Shown here: positions 27,852 to 40,670 of the stretch, piece after piece
Layout of the letters: each line of letters starts with the position of its first letter
Numbering within the stretch: the first letter of the stretch is position 1
NCBI RefSeq assembly: GCF_009914755.1
Contig: NC_060928.1
Origin: the human T2T-CHM13v2.0 reference genome, Homo sapiens
Direction: 5' to 3' (one strand)
Length of the DNA stretch: 64,000 nt
Translations under genes and position numbers: made by a program
Notes under the pieces: model-generated
The model's input: only the letters and a program-made list of their open reading frames with translations
Told to the model about the DNA's origin: nothing
Database searches by the model: none

Positions 27852-28679
27852 TTCCTGTCTTCTTATATTAACAAGAAAAATAAAATGAAATAGTGGTAAA
27901 GTGTTGGGGCAGCGAAAATTTTGGGGGATGATATGGAGAGATAATGGGCGATGTTTCTCAGGGCTGCTTCGAGTGGGATTAGGGGTGGCGTGGGAACTTA
28001 GAGTGGGAGAGATTAAGCTGAAGGAAGATTTTGTGGTAAGGGGTGATATTGTGGGGTTGTTAGAAGAAACATTTGTCATTTAGAATTATTGGTGATGGCC
28101 TGGATACAGTTTTGTATGAATTGAAAAACTAAACGGAATAAGAGAGGAGAAAAACAGGTATTAAAGATCTAAGAATTGGGAGGACCCAGGACATCTAATT
28201 AGAGAGTGCCTAAGGAGATTCAGCATAGTCCTGCCAGCAAAGATTATTTATTTACTTCAAGAGTTAAGAGTGGCAGTTTGAGGATAGCACCAGGAGATAT
28301 CAGCTGTGATGGCTTGGAGAAACAGTGTAAACCAGCAGTGTAAACAAGAGCAGGGCATGTATGAGTAGTTGAGAATGGTGAATAGGAGTACGACTAGACA
28401 GAAGATAGGATGACAAGATTTTTGGGGCACAGTCCAAGTTGGTCTGGTGTCTGGAATGAGACTGGGGCTTAATAAAAAGGAGCGTCCATACAGGAGCTCA
28501 AATGGGCTGTACCCTGTAGCATTCCAAGGACAGGCCTGAATTCTGAGAAGGGAAAGTTCTAAAAGTATTGTCCAGTCCTTTTTAAGTTGGTGGCCGAGCT
28601 TGTTGAGGTGTGTTTTTAAAAAACCATTTGTCCATTCTACCTTTCCTGAAGACTGAGGACCGTAAGGGATATAAAGGTT

Positions 28680-31160
28680 TCACTGAATACCAAGAGCCTG
28701 AAAAAATGCTTGGCTGATTTGAGTAATAAAGGCCGGTCTGCTATCGGACTGTATAGAGGTGGGAAGGCCAAACAGAGGAATTATGTCTGACAGTAGGGAA
28801 GAAATGACTGCAGTGGCCTTCTTAGACCCTGTAGGAGAGGCCTCTACCCATCCAGTGGAAGTGCCTACCCAGACTAAGAGATATTTTAGTTTTCTGACTC
28901 GGGGCATGTGAATAAAGTCAATTTGCCAGTCCTGGGCTGGGGCAAATCCCCGAGCTTGATGTGTAAGAAAGGGAGGAGGCCTGAACAATCCCTGAGGGGT
29001 AGTAGAATAGCAAATGGAACACTGAGAAGTGATCTCCTTCAAGATAGATTTCCAGGATGGAAAGGAAATGAGAGGTTCTAAGAGACGGGCTAGTGGCTTG
29101 TAACCTATGTGGAAGAGGTTATGAAATGATGACAGAATAGAATGGGACTGTGAGGCTGGAAGGAGATATTTTCTTTGGTCTAAGAACCATTTGCCTTGTG
29201 TGGGAAGAGATTGATAGGTGGAAGTTTCAGCAGGGGAGTAGGTGGGAGTGACTGATGTGAAGGAGAAAAACTGGCGTGACATACAGAAGTTGGAAAGCTA
29301 GCTGCTTGTCTAGCCATCTTATCAGCATAAGCGTTGTCTAGAGCAATGGGATCTGACGCCTTTTGATGGCCTTTGCAGTGAATGACTCCAGCTTCCTTTG
29401 GAACTAAAGCGGCCTTGAGCAGAGTTTTTATTAAAGAGGCATTAATAATGGAGGACCATTGCATAGTTAGGAAACCTCTTTCAGCCTATATAACAGCATG
29501 GTGGTGCAGAATATGAAAGGCATATTTAGAGTCACTATAAATATTGATGTGTAGTCCTTTTGCAAGAGTGAGGGCTTGAGTTAAGGCAACTAGTTTGGCT
29601 TGCTGAGAGGTAGTGGAGGGGGGGCAGAGCGATAGACTCAGTGATAGATGTGGAAGATACTCTAGCATAGCCTGCCTTTGCTGGTGAGTGGCGATTAGGC
29701 CTGGCAGAACTGCCATGAATAAACTAAATGTGATCAGGGTGAGGAACAGGAAAGAAGGAAATATGGGGAAATGGGGTGAATGTCAGGTGGATCAGAGAGA
29801 TACAGTCATGAGGGTCAGGTGTGGTATCCAGAATAATGTGGGAGGCCAGATCGAAGTCCATGCCAGGAACAATGGTAATTGTGGGAGACTCAACAAAGAG
29901 TATGGCTGAAGGAGCGGGGGAGCAGAAAGTATATGTGTCAGGTATGAGGAAGAAAATAGATTTTGGAAGTTATGAGAAATGTAGAGAGTGAGTTGAGCAT
30001 AGTTTGTGATTTTTAGGGCCTCTAAAAGTATTAAAGCAGCGGCAGCTGCTGCACGCAGACATGAGGGCTAGGCTGAAACAGTAAGGTCAAGTTGTTTGGA
30101 CAGAAACGCTACAGGGTGCGGTCCCGGCTCTTTTGTAAGAATTCTGACCGCGCTAACCATGCCTAGGAAGGAAAGGAGTTGTTGTTTTGTAAGGGATTGA
30201 GGTTTGGGAGATTAGTCGGACACAATTGGCAGGGACAGCACGTGTGTTTTTACGAGAATTATGCAGAGAAAGGTAACAGGTGAGGATGAAATTTGAGCTT
30301 GACTGAAGTAATGGGGGCTGTCTGTGAAGCCTTGCGGCAGTACAGCCCAGGTAATTTGCTGAGCCTAATGGGTGTCAGGGTCAGTCCAAGTGAAAGCGAA
30401 GAGAGGCTGGGATGAAGGGTGCAAAGGAATGGTAAAGAAAGCAATGTTTGAGATCCAGAACAGAAGAATGGGTTGTAGAGGGAGGTATTGAGGATAGGAG
30501 AGTATATGGGTTTGGCACCACGGGGTGGATAGGCAAAACAATTTGGTTGATAAGGTGCAGATCCTGAACTAACCTGTAAGTCTTGTCTGGTTTTAGGACG
30601 GGTAAAATGGGGGAATTGTAAGGAGAGTTTATAGGCTTTAAAAGGCCATACTGTAACAGGTGAGTGATAACAGACTTTAATCCTTTTAAAGTGTGCTATG
30701 GGATGGGATATTGGCATTGAGCAAGGTAAGCGTAATTAGGTTTTAATGGGATGGTAAGGGGTGCATGATCGGTCGCTAAGGAGGGAGTAGAGGTGTCTTA
30801 TACTTGTGGGTTAAGATGGGGAGATACAAGGGGAGGATATGAAGGAGGCTTTGAATGGGGGAAAAGGCGGCAATGAGGTGTGGCTGTAGCCCAGGAATAA
30901 TCAGGGAAGCAGATAATTTAGTTAAAGTGTCTCAGCCTAATAAAGGAACTGGGCAGGTGGGGATAACTAAAAAGGAGTGCTTAAAAGAGTATTGTCTAAG
31001 TTGGCACCAGAGTTGGGGAGTTTTAAGAGGTTTAGAAGCCTGGCCATCAATACCCACAACAGTTACGGAGGCAAGGGAAACAGGCCCTTGAAAAGAAGGT
31101 AATGTGGAGTGGATAGCTTTCGTATTGATTAAGAAGGGGATGGACTTACCTTCCACTGTG
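28680..31160 (-). pseudogene. HERV-H pro-pol remnants (protease, partial RT, RNase H, integrase)
   Basis: Protease FLINTKA (catalytic DTG lost); RNase H INIYSDSKYAF and VIHCKGHQ; integrase HNLFH…CSIC, WQIDF, SIQSD. Broken by stops and frameshifts. Confidence 0.9.
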
Positions 31161-31328
31161 AGAGTTACCTGAAACTCGGCATCCGTGATGGTTTAGGGGG
31201 CTTCCGAGGCGATCAGGCAGTGTCAGTCTTCAGCCGTTAAGCTGAGAAGATCTGGGAAGGAGTCAGTCAGAGAGCCTTGGGCCAGAGTCCCAGGAGCTCT
31301 TGGAGTGGCTGCCAGGTAAGTTGAACAG

Positions 31329-32420
31329 TCAGATTTTCAGGGGGGGTCCCACACAGATGGAATGTGGCTTAGGAAGAATCCTGGGCTGCAGGCATTCCTT
31401 TGCCCAGTAGCCAGATTTCCAGCACTTGTAGCAAGCTCCTGTGGGAGGAGGTTCTGGAGGAACACCTGGCTGCTGCGGTTCAGGCGTTTGGAAGTTCTTG
31501 TGTGCTGGAGATGTGGCTGGGGTTTGTCTCACAGTGGAGGCAAGGAATTGCAACTTTTTTCTATTATTGTACACCTTGAAGGCGAGGTTAATTAAATCCT
31601 GTTGTGGGGTTTGAGGGCCGGAATTTAATTTTTGGAGCTTTATTTAAAGTCGGGAGTGGATTGGGTAATAAAATGTATATTGAGAACAAGACGGCCTTTT
31701 GACTTTTTAGGGTCTAGGGCTGTAAAGCGTCTCAGGGTTGCTGCCAAATGAGCCATGAACTGGGCTGGGTTTTTCCTGTTTGATGAAAAAGAGCCTAAAC
31801 GCTAACTGATCTGGGAGAGGTCAAATAAAGAAAAAGAAGCATTAACCTTGACTATGCCTTTAGCTCCAGCCACCTTTTTAAGAGGAAATTGCTGGGCAGG
31901 TGGGGGAGAGCTAGTTGAGGAAAGAAACTGTAAGCCAGACCGGGTGTGAAGAGGGGAGGTGATAAAAGGATTATAGGGTGGAGGAGGGGAGGCTGAGGAA
32001 GAATTGGGAGGGGAGATGTCAGATGGGTCTGTAGAAAAGGAAGATTAGAAAGACTCAGCGACGCTTGGGGTTGGGATTGAGGGGACAGGCGGGAGGGAAA
32101 GAAGGAAGATTTGGGATGAGTTGCATTGGGAACAGAGACTAGGAAGGGACTGATGTGTAAAAGAGTGCCTGGACATCAGGCACCTCAGACCATTTGCCCA
32201 TTTTACAACAAGAGTTATCTAGATCTTGTAGGATGGAAAAAATGAAAGTGCCATTTTCTGGCTGTTTGGAACCACTGTCGAGTTTGTATTGGGGTCAACT
32301 GGCATTGCAGAAGAAAATAAGGCATTTAGGTTTTAGGTCAGGTGAGAGTTGAAGAGGTTTTAAGTTCTTAAGAACACAGGCTAAGGGAGAAGAAGGAGGA
32401 ATGGAAAGTGGAAGGTTGCC
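31329..32420 (-). pseudogene. HERV-H gag remnants
   Basis: Matrix-like SPLACVLKNL…LIFFCN; nucleocapsid knuckle CYKCWKSGYWAKEC (His replaced by Tyr). Confidence 0.85.
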
Positions 32421-32504
32421 TATAGTGAAGGAGGCAAGTCTAAAGAAAAGGGGGAGTAGAGACATGGAGGGAAGGGGTTCGGGGGTTCTTACCATCCAGA
32501 AAAG

Positions 32505-32692
32505 CGGGAAAGGGGTCAGGATGCAGAAATAAGGGGTTGGGGTGCAGAGATAAGAGGTCGGGGCACAGAAATAAGGGATCTGGGAGTGGATGTGGAAATA
32601 AGGGATCGGGGTGCAGAGATAAGGGGTCAGGACATGGAAATAAGGGATCGGGGCACAGAGATAAGGGGTCGGTGTGGAAATAAGGGATCAGG
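32505..32692. repeat. ~21-bp tandem repeat (~8 units) in the HERV-H leader
   Basis: Units like ggggtgcagagataaggggtc / gggcacagaaataagggatc. Confidence 0.85.
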
Positions 32693-33218
32693 GGGTTCTT
32701 GCCCCCCAGAAAAGTAGAAAAGGGGTAGAGACAGGGAGAGAAGGGGTCAGGGATCCTGCCCCTCCCCCAGAAAAGCGGGACTTGCCGCTAAGGGTGAAAG
32801 ACCAAGGCAGGCGTCGCTGCATGGTCAGACACCTCTGAAACGTGGGTGAATAATCAGAGAGGCGTCCCTGCAATGATTAAACACCAAGGGAAGGCTACCT
32901 TCCCGAGTCCGTGACTAGCGCCGGAGTTTTGGGTCCACAGATAAAATGTGTCTCCTTTGTCTCTACCAGAAAATGAAAGGAATTGAAATTAAGAGAAGGG
33001 AGAGATTGAAGGGTGGCACCAAGATTGAAAGGAGAAAGTGGCTGAGGGATAGTGAGAGAGGTTGGAGAAGAGAGTAAGAAGAGGCCGCTTACTCAATTTA
33101 AAATTGGTGAGATGTTCCTTGGGCTGGTGGGTCTGAGGACCCGAGGTCGTAGGTGGATCTTTTTCACGGAGCAAAGAGCAGGAGGAAAGGGGATTGATCT
33201 CTGAAGGGAGGTCCCCCG

Positions 33219-33236
33219 ATCCGAGTCACGGCACCA
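33219..33236 (-). other. Primer-binding site, tRNA-His
   Basis: TGGTGCCGTGACTCGGAT is 18/18 complementary to the tRNA-His(GTG) 3' end. Confidence 0.95.
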
Positions 33237-33238
33237 AA

Positions 33239-33650
33239 TTTCATACACATCCATGTGAAGAGACCATCAAACAGGCTTTGTGTGAGCAATAAAGCTTTTA
33301 ATCACCTGGGTGCAGGCGGGCTGAGTCTGAAAAGAGAGTCAGCGAAGGGAGATAGGGGTGGGGCCGTTTTATAAGATTTGGATAGGTAAAGGAAAATTAC
33401 AGTCAAAGCCGGGTTGTTCTCTGGCAGGCAGGGGTGGGGGTCACAAGGTGCTCAGTAGGGGAGCTTTTGAGCCAGGATGAGCCAGGAGAAGGAATTTCAC
33501 AAGATAATGTCATCAGTTAAGGCAGGAACAGGCCATTTTCATTTCTTTTGTGGTGGAATGTCATTAGTTAAGGCAGGAACCGGCCATCTGGATGTGTACG
33601 TGCAGGTCACAGGGGATATGATGGCTTAGCTTGGGCTCAGAGGCCTGACA
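33239..33650 (-). promoter_or_regulatory. HERV-H 5' LTR (LTR7) promoter
   Basis: 412 bp; TATAAAA at 33367-33373 (-), duplicated CCTGCCTTAACT(G/A)ATGAC blocks, ACAAAAGA motif at 33544-33551 (-). Confidence 0.9.
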
Positions 33651-34238
33651 CTGAATGAGCCATTTTTTTTTAATTTTTGGGATTTTCCTGTTGGGCCACT
33701 GCACATTATTGGGAGTCAAACCCGCAGACACTCCCACCAGGTCCTCAGTCACCCAGGGGTGCCTTTTGTCTGGGAGGAGCAAAATGCCCTTTTTCTTTGG
33801 AGCCGAGAAAGCTCAGTCTCTCATTTATCTATGAAAACAACAGTTCAGTTCCTCGAGCAAATGCGCACAGACAAGCTGAATCAAGATTAATTTTGGGAGA
33901 AAAGACAATAGAGAAGATCCTTTAGAATGCATCTCTGAACTAGAATTAGGATCCTTAAAAAACAACTTCCTAGGAGAAAGTAAACAACAGCCAAGACCAC
34001 TTTCTGTAAACTGTGCTCAGCCACCCCTAGCTTTGTAGCTCTTGTCTGCCATTATACACACCAACGTCAAATCCTGTCACAGTACAAGGTCATCTCTGGT
34101 ACCTCCAAAGCCAAAGGGGTCAGGTCATGCAATAGAGGAAAACAGAGCTGCCTATGGCTCTTGAAACTCAACAAAGAAAATAGAACACCCGCAGAGGGGC
34201 GAGTGACACCTTTGTTCTGAACTCTTTAAAGGGGTTCA

Positions 34239-34544
<306 letters not shown>

Positions 34545-36032
34545 TCATTTGAAGCTTTCTCTAGATTTTTTGGTACTACAGATGGCAAAGGGGGAAGAAA
34601 GTATGAGGTGGAAGAAAAGTAAATAAAAGAACATTTGTGGTTTTTTTTAAGACAGGAAGCAAACACAGAAACCAAGCACATGTTTTTTGTTTCTTTGTTT
34701 TTTCCTCTTTTGCAGCTATCCAAATTAGAGATGCTTTGTTACCCATAATTTGGAATTCTCACTCAGATTTGACCAAGTCAGGTCGAGTTGGTCAAATCAG
34801 ATGAGAGAAAGAACAGAACAAACAACAACAACAAAAAATTCCAACAATATTACATTGAGTGCTCTAATGGTAAGGAGAAATTAAGACCAGCTGGTTCTTA
34901 ACTTACCTTCAAATGGGTCTCAGGCTGAAGACTGTTCTCTGCCATCCTAGAAGCAGGAAAAAACACTCAAACTCATCTCCCCTGTTGGGAGCGAGCTCAA
35001 ACTCCAGAAAGGAGTTACCTGCCTTCCATCGTCATAGAAGCAGGAAATCTTGTCTTGCTTGTTGGAAGCAAGTAAAACTCTAAAGAAAAAGGAAGTTGTA
35101 CAGCAAAATCAACTTTAGATCTCAACTACATTTGGGGAGATCAGGGATTCTCTGAAGGGGATACTCCCAGACCTCAACAAATTGTCCTATTGGTTTGAGC
35201 CATAAAGTTAGCTCATGCTGGTACCAAATCTCCAGATAGATTTGTCAAAGGTCAGGGGCACCTGCACTCAGAATCCCTTCATGGTTGCTGAAATGTGAAC
35301 CCCAAATATCTGAGACAAGTCTCAGTTATTTTAGAAATTTTATTTTGCCACGGCTGAGGATACGGGCCTGTGACACAGCCTCAGGAGGTCCTGATGACAT
35401 GTGCCCAAGGTGGTCAGAGCACAGCTTGGTTTTATATTTTAGGGAAACATGAGACATCAATTAACATGTAATATGAACATTGGTTTGGTCCAGAAAGGTA
35501 GGACAACTCGAAGCGGGAGGGGGTTTCCACATCACAGGTAGATGGGAGACAAATGGGAGGCAATCAGATGTGCATTCATCTCAGTGAACAGAGGGGTGAG
35601 TTTGAATAGAATGGGAGGCAGGTTTGCCCTAAGCAGTTCCCAGCTCGACTTTTTCCTTTAGCTTAGTGATTTTGGGGATCCAAAGTTTATTTTCCTTTCA
35701 CAAGACCATCATTGCTGCCTGAGCCCCATGTGGCTAGTGTTCTAGAAACTTCCAGAAAGTTCCTTCACAGCTGTCCTTACATGCATTCCTCAGCCAGGAG
35801 CCCAGCCTGCTGTCTTACAGAACCTGAACCCCTTTCTTTCCCTTTTGTGCTCTTCCTTCAAGATCCTGCAGTCTCTGCTCTCAGCCTCTCAAACATAAAA
35901 AGAGATTATTATCACCCCTGTACTGGAGAACAGAGCTTCATCTTTCCCAAGAGGTCTTAACATTGATACCCTAAAGGCCTCCTATGGCTCGGGACTTTCC
36001 ATTTTTAAAAGACCCAGAAAAAAATTACCCAG

Positions 36033-36803
36033 TGTCTTAGTTACTTTGGGCTACTATTAAAAAAAAAAAAAAATAGACCGGGTAACTTAAACAATAGAAA
36101 TTTATTCTCACAGGCATGGAATCTGGAAAGTTCTGGGTCAAGGTGCTACCTGATTTGGTTTCTGATGGGGGCTCTCCTGACTTGCAGATGGTACCTTCTC
36201 ACTACATCCTCACATGGTGTTATGGGGTAAATGTTTATGCCCCCTCAAAGTTTATATGTTGGAATTATAACCCCCAAAATAGAAGGTGGGATGTTTTGGA
36301 GGTGATTAGGTCATGAGGGTAGAGTTCTCATGAATAGGATTAGTGCCCTTTTATTTATTTTATTTTTAATTTTTATGGAGGCAGAATCTTGCTGTGTTGC
36401 CCAGGCTGGTCTGCAACTCCTGGCCTCAAGCAATCCTCCTGCCTTGGCCTCCCAAAGTGCTGGGATTACAGACTTGCCTCCTTTCCACCATGTGAGGTGT
36501 AAGAAACTGGCAGTCTTTAACCTGTGAGGCATCACTAGAACCATACTATGCTGGTACCCTGATCTCAGACTTCTAGCTTCTAAAATTATAGAAATAAATT
36601 TCCATTGTTCATAAACCACCCAGTCTATGGCACTTTGTTATAGCAGTCTGAACTGACTATGACTCATGGTCTTTGCTTGGCACTTACACTTGGATTGAGG
36701 GAAAGTTGAGTGGTGGGGAAATATCTGTTCCTTTTATTATAAGGCCAATAATCCCATCAGGAAGCCTCCACCCACATGACATAATCTAACTCTAATTGCC
36801 TCC
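36033..36803 (-). mobile_element. MLT1A-like MaLR LTR containing a nested MST-like LTR (+, 36218-36664) that itself holds an Alu monomer (-, 36351-36470)
   Basis: Nested LTR TGTTATGG…GACTATGACT flanked by 5-bp TSD CATGG (36213-36217, 36665-36669). Confidence 0.75.
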
Positions 36804-36805
36804 TA

Positions 36806-37019
36806 TCCTAAGCTCTGATAAGGGACAGGCTGCCTCCTCAAGCGGGTCCCCAACCCCGGTTTTTCCTGACTGGGAGAAACCTCCCATAAGGGGCCGACAG
36901 ACACCTCATACAGGAGACCTCTCACTGGCATCTGGCAGGTGACCCCCTGGGACAAAGCTTCCAGAGGAAGGAAAAGGCAGCAATTTTTGCTGTTCTGCAG
37001 GCTCCGCTGGTGATACCCA
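36806..37019 (+). mobile_element. Isolated internal fragment of an L1PA 5'UTR
   Basis: ctgcctcctcaagcgggtccc…gacagacacctcatacaggag…aagcttccagaggaagga…ctccgctggtgataccca. Confidence 0.8.
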
Positions 37020-37031
37020 TGAAATTTATAT

Positions 37032-37194
37032 TTCATATATAATTTTCATTGTCATGTATCATAAATTATTACTCTTTTGATTTCTTTCAAGCATTTAAGG
37101 ATGTGAAAACCATTCTTAGCTCATAGGCCATATAAAAATAGGCAGCAAGCTAAATTTGGCCCAGAAGCCATAGTTTACCAACCCCTATGCTAGA
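37032..37194. mobile_element. MER58B-like hAT relic (partial)
   Basis: aaaaccattcttagctc…aaataggcagc…tttggccc…tagtttaccaacccct. Confidence 0.65.
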
Positions 37195-38230
37195 TAATTG
37201 AGAGCCAAAATAAATAAGCTATTGTGCTCTGTCCTGGAAGAACAAACAATCACGGTGGAGACTTGGGCATTCAATGAAGTAAATGTCCCATAAAATGGTA
37301 AGTACCATAACTGCAACAGGGAGCTATGGAAGACTAGAAAAATTTTAAAAAAAGAAGAAAAATATGCTAGAATGACAATTTAAATAAATAAATAAAAAAG
37401 AAGAAGGAAAATAATTCAATTCAATGGAAATTTCCTGCCACTGCATCTTCTTACTGCTGTAGCTCTGGGATATCATGATATCTTGTAAAGGGCTGGTGCT
37501 CTGTAAACATTAATTGAATAAATTAATGCTTAATGAATTCATTAATTAATAAAAAAATCTCAAGGACCCTTCCTAGGAATTAAATAAACATAAATGAATA
37601 CACTGGATACAAGTCATTAAGTAATTGCTACTTTGAGAAGAGAGGCAGGTACTTAGGAAATTAATAATGGCATAGTGTGATAGGTGTAAGTAACATAATT
37701 AGCAGTAGCAGAGAAAAGGGAGTGATATAATCAGTTGGATCAAAGGGAATTAAAAGAGGATTTCTGGAGAAGGTGGCATTTAGTCGGGCAGAAATTATGG
37801 GAAAAAGAAAATCCAAGTCATTATTCTGTTGTGGTACTGAGAAGAAGAGCAGGTCATAGGTAGCTGGGGTTGGGAATGACAACTTGGAGAAGACAGATAC
37901 CCACTCAAGGCTAACATAAAAGCTCTTCACCTGGGGATGCCAAACACAAAACAGGTGGGCACACCCCAGGTGGTACTTCTAGGGAATTGTTAGCCACATT
38001 TCCCAAGCAAAATTAACTGACAAATAAGAGAGCTGTTGGCTTTCTATTGACCTTACCCTCCCTCAAGTTCTTACCCACACATCTGGCCACTGCTGCCAAG
38101 TTGGAGCCTAGAAATTCAGTCTGAAGGAGTTGCAGAATACATCCAGTGCCTTTATGAAAGAGTGGAAAATTAATACAGCAAACATGAACTTCATATCTAT
38201 CGTTTCCAGAAGTATTTCAGAAAAAAAAAT

Positions 38231-39737
38231 ATTTTTATTTCAATAGTTTTGGGGAAACAGGTGGTTTTTGGTTACATGGATAAGTTCTTTAGTGGTGCTT
38301 TCTGACATCTTGGTGGATCATCACCCAAGCAGTATACATTGTACCCAATATGCAGTGTTTAATCCTTCACCTCCACCCCAACCTTCCTCTCTGCCCTGTT
38401 CCCAAAGTCCATTATATTATTATTATTATGCCTTTGCATCCTCATATCTTAACTCGCACTTATAAATGAGAACATATAACATTTGGTTTTCCATTCCTGA
38501 GTTGCCTCACTTAGTATAATGGCTCCAGCTCCATCCAAATTGCTGCAAAAGACATTATTTCATTCCTTTTTATGGATGAGTAGTATTCCATGGTGTATAT
38601 ATACCACATTTTCTTTATCCACTCATTAGTTGATGGACACTTAAGTTGGTTCCATATGTTTGCATTTGTACTGCTACAAACGTGCATGTGCATGTGTCTT
38701 TTTCATATAATCTCTTATTTTCCATTGGGTAGATACCCAATAGTGGGATTGCTGGATCAAATGGTAGTTCTATTTTTAGTTCTTCACGGAATCTCCATAC
38801 TGTTTTCCATAATTGTTGTACTATTTTACATTCCCACCAACAGTGTAAATGTGTTCCCTTTTCACCATATCTATGTCAACATCTTTTATTTTTTGACTTT
38901 TTAATTATTGCTATTCTTGCAGGAATAGGGTGGCATCTCACTGTGGTTTTAATTTGCATTTCCCTGATAATTAGTGATGTTGAAATTTTTTTCACATGCT
39001 TGTTGGCTGTTTGTATATCTTCTTTTGAGAATTGTTTATTCATGTCCTTTCCCTGCTTTTTGATGGGATTATTTATTTTTTTCTTGCTGAGTTGTTTGAG
39101 TTCCTTGTAGATTCTGGATATTGGTCCTTTGTCAAATGCATAGTTTGCAAATATTTCCCTCCATTCTATGGGTTGTCTGCTTACTCTGCTGATTATTTCT
39201 GTTGCTATGTAGAAGCTTTTTAGCTTAATTAGGTCCCATCTATTTATTTTTGTTTTTGTTGCATTTACTTTGGGTTCTTGATCATGAACTCTGCCTAGGC
39301 CAATGTCTAGAAGAGTTTTTGCAATGTTATCTTCCCGAATTTTTATAGTTTTAGGTCTTAGGTTTAAGTCTTTGATCCATCTCGAGTTGATTTTTGTATT
39401 AGGTGAGAGATGAGGACCCCTCATTCTTCTACATGTAGCTTGCCAGTTTTCCCAGCACCATTTATTGAATAGGGTGTCATTTCCCCAATCTACATTTTTG
39501 TATGTTTTGTCAATGATCAGTTGGCTGTAAATATTTGGATTTATTTCTGGATTCTCTATTCTGTTCAGTTGGTCTACATGACTATTTTTATACCAGTACC
39601 ATGCTGTTTTCGTAACTATAGCATTGTAGTATAGCTTGAAGTCAGGAAATATGATGCCTCCAGATTTGTTCTTTTTGCTTAGTATTGCTTTGGCTATGTG
39701 GGCTCTTTTTTGGTTCCATATGAGTTTTAGGATTCTT
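38231..39737 (-). mobile_element. 5'-truncated L1PB-like LINE
   Basis: ORF2 C-terminal remnants ([18 protein letters not shown]…, WNQLKCPSTNEWIKKMW) and L1PB-type 3' end. Confidence 0.9.
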
Positions 39738-39989
39738 TAGAAAATATATCTTTTAAATCCCTTTTGTCAAAAAATACCCGGATATAATAGAAAAATAAGA
39801 CAGTTCCCCTTTTAAAGTCATAGTCAAGTATGTAAGAAAGTGGAGGAAATTACCACGGACCAAAACCAAAGAGGAAGCTGGAAAAATCTGTAACCATAGG
39901 TTCTCCTTTGTGTGGGTTTGAGATTTAAATTTACATTACCTCTCAATAAATCAAAGTGATCCAAGGTTGATAGCCCTCAGGGGACCTGG

Positions 39990-40670
39990 CAGAAGCAAAC
40001 GCAAATACTCTCTGGAGGATGAATACTAGAAATTGAAATATTGGCTAAAAATCCATAGTTATAGAATATAAAACACTGAAGGAAATAAGCCAGCGTAAGT
40101 AAGATCAACAGGAATTTATCAGATATAAAATATCAAAAAGTATATTTAAATATTTAAGGAAATAAGAAAAAATTAAAATATGAGCCAGGAACAAGACCAA
40201 GTAGGTTTAAAAAAAGAATGAGAGAAATATGAAAAATATAATGGTTGGACTTAAGCATCTATGAGTTAAAGAGCATATAGATACAACTGAAAAGAAAATT
40301 TAGGAACCAGAAAATAGATTTGAAGAAATTATTAATGCAATAGAGGCCATGTATGGTGGCTCATGCCTATAATCCCAGTGCTTTGGACGGTCAAAGTGGG
40401 AGGACACCTTAAGGCCAGAAATTTGAGGCCAGCCTGGGTATTATAGCAAGATCCTGTATCTTTAAAAAAAATTAAAAATAATAATAATGAAATAAACAAA
40501 GAGACAGAAATATTTCTTACAAGAAGAGGTGACAATAAATTGATGAAAGGATGAGAAAGTCTAATGTACATCTATTAAAGTTTCCAGGAAAAAAGATAGA
40601 TGGAATTAGAGCAAATATTAAAAGAGATAATGGTTAAGAATTTTCCAGAATGGATCAAAAGTATGATGCT
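39990..40670 (+). mobile_element. Old L1M ORF1-region relic with an inserted Alu monomer (FLAM, ~40345-40480)
   Basis: A-rich ORF1-like sequence (agtctaatgtacatct…aagagataatggttaagaattttccagaa) and a left-monomer Alu with A tail. Confidence 0.6.

Larger units (their letters stand above)
27441..33650 (-). mobile_element. HERV-H provirus (common env-deleted ~6-kb type) with LTR7 LTRs
   Basis: LTRs read TGTCAGGCCTCTGAGCCCAAGCTAAG…ATGAAA on the - strand. TSD CTGGA/CTGAA, His PBS, and decayed gag/pro/pol. Confidence 0.97.

Noticed and set aside
28680-29282. 200-aa HERV-H integrase ORF as a domesticated gene
   Set aside because: Frameshifted from RNase H and stops before the catalytic Glu and C-terminal domain; typical decay.
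32505-32692. CRISPR-like repeat array
   Set aside because: No unique spacers, eukaryotic context; a retroviral leader minisatellite.
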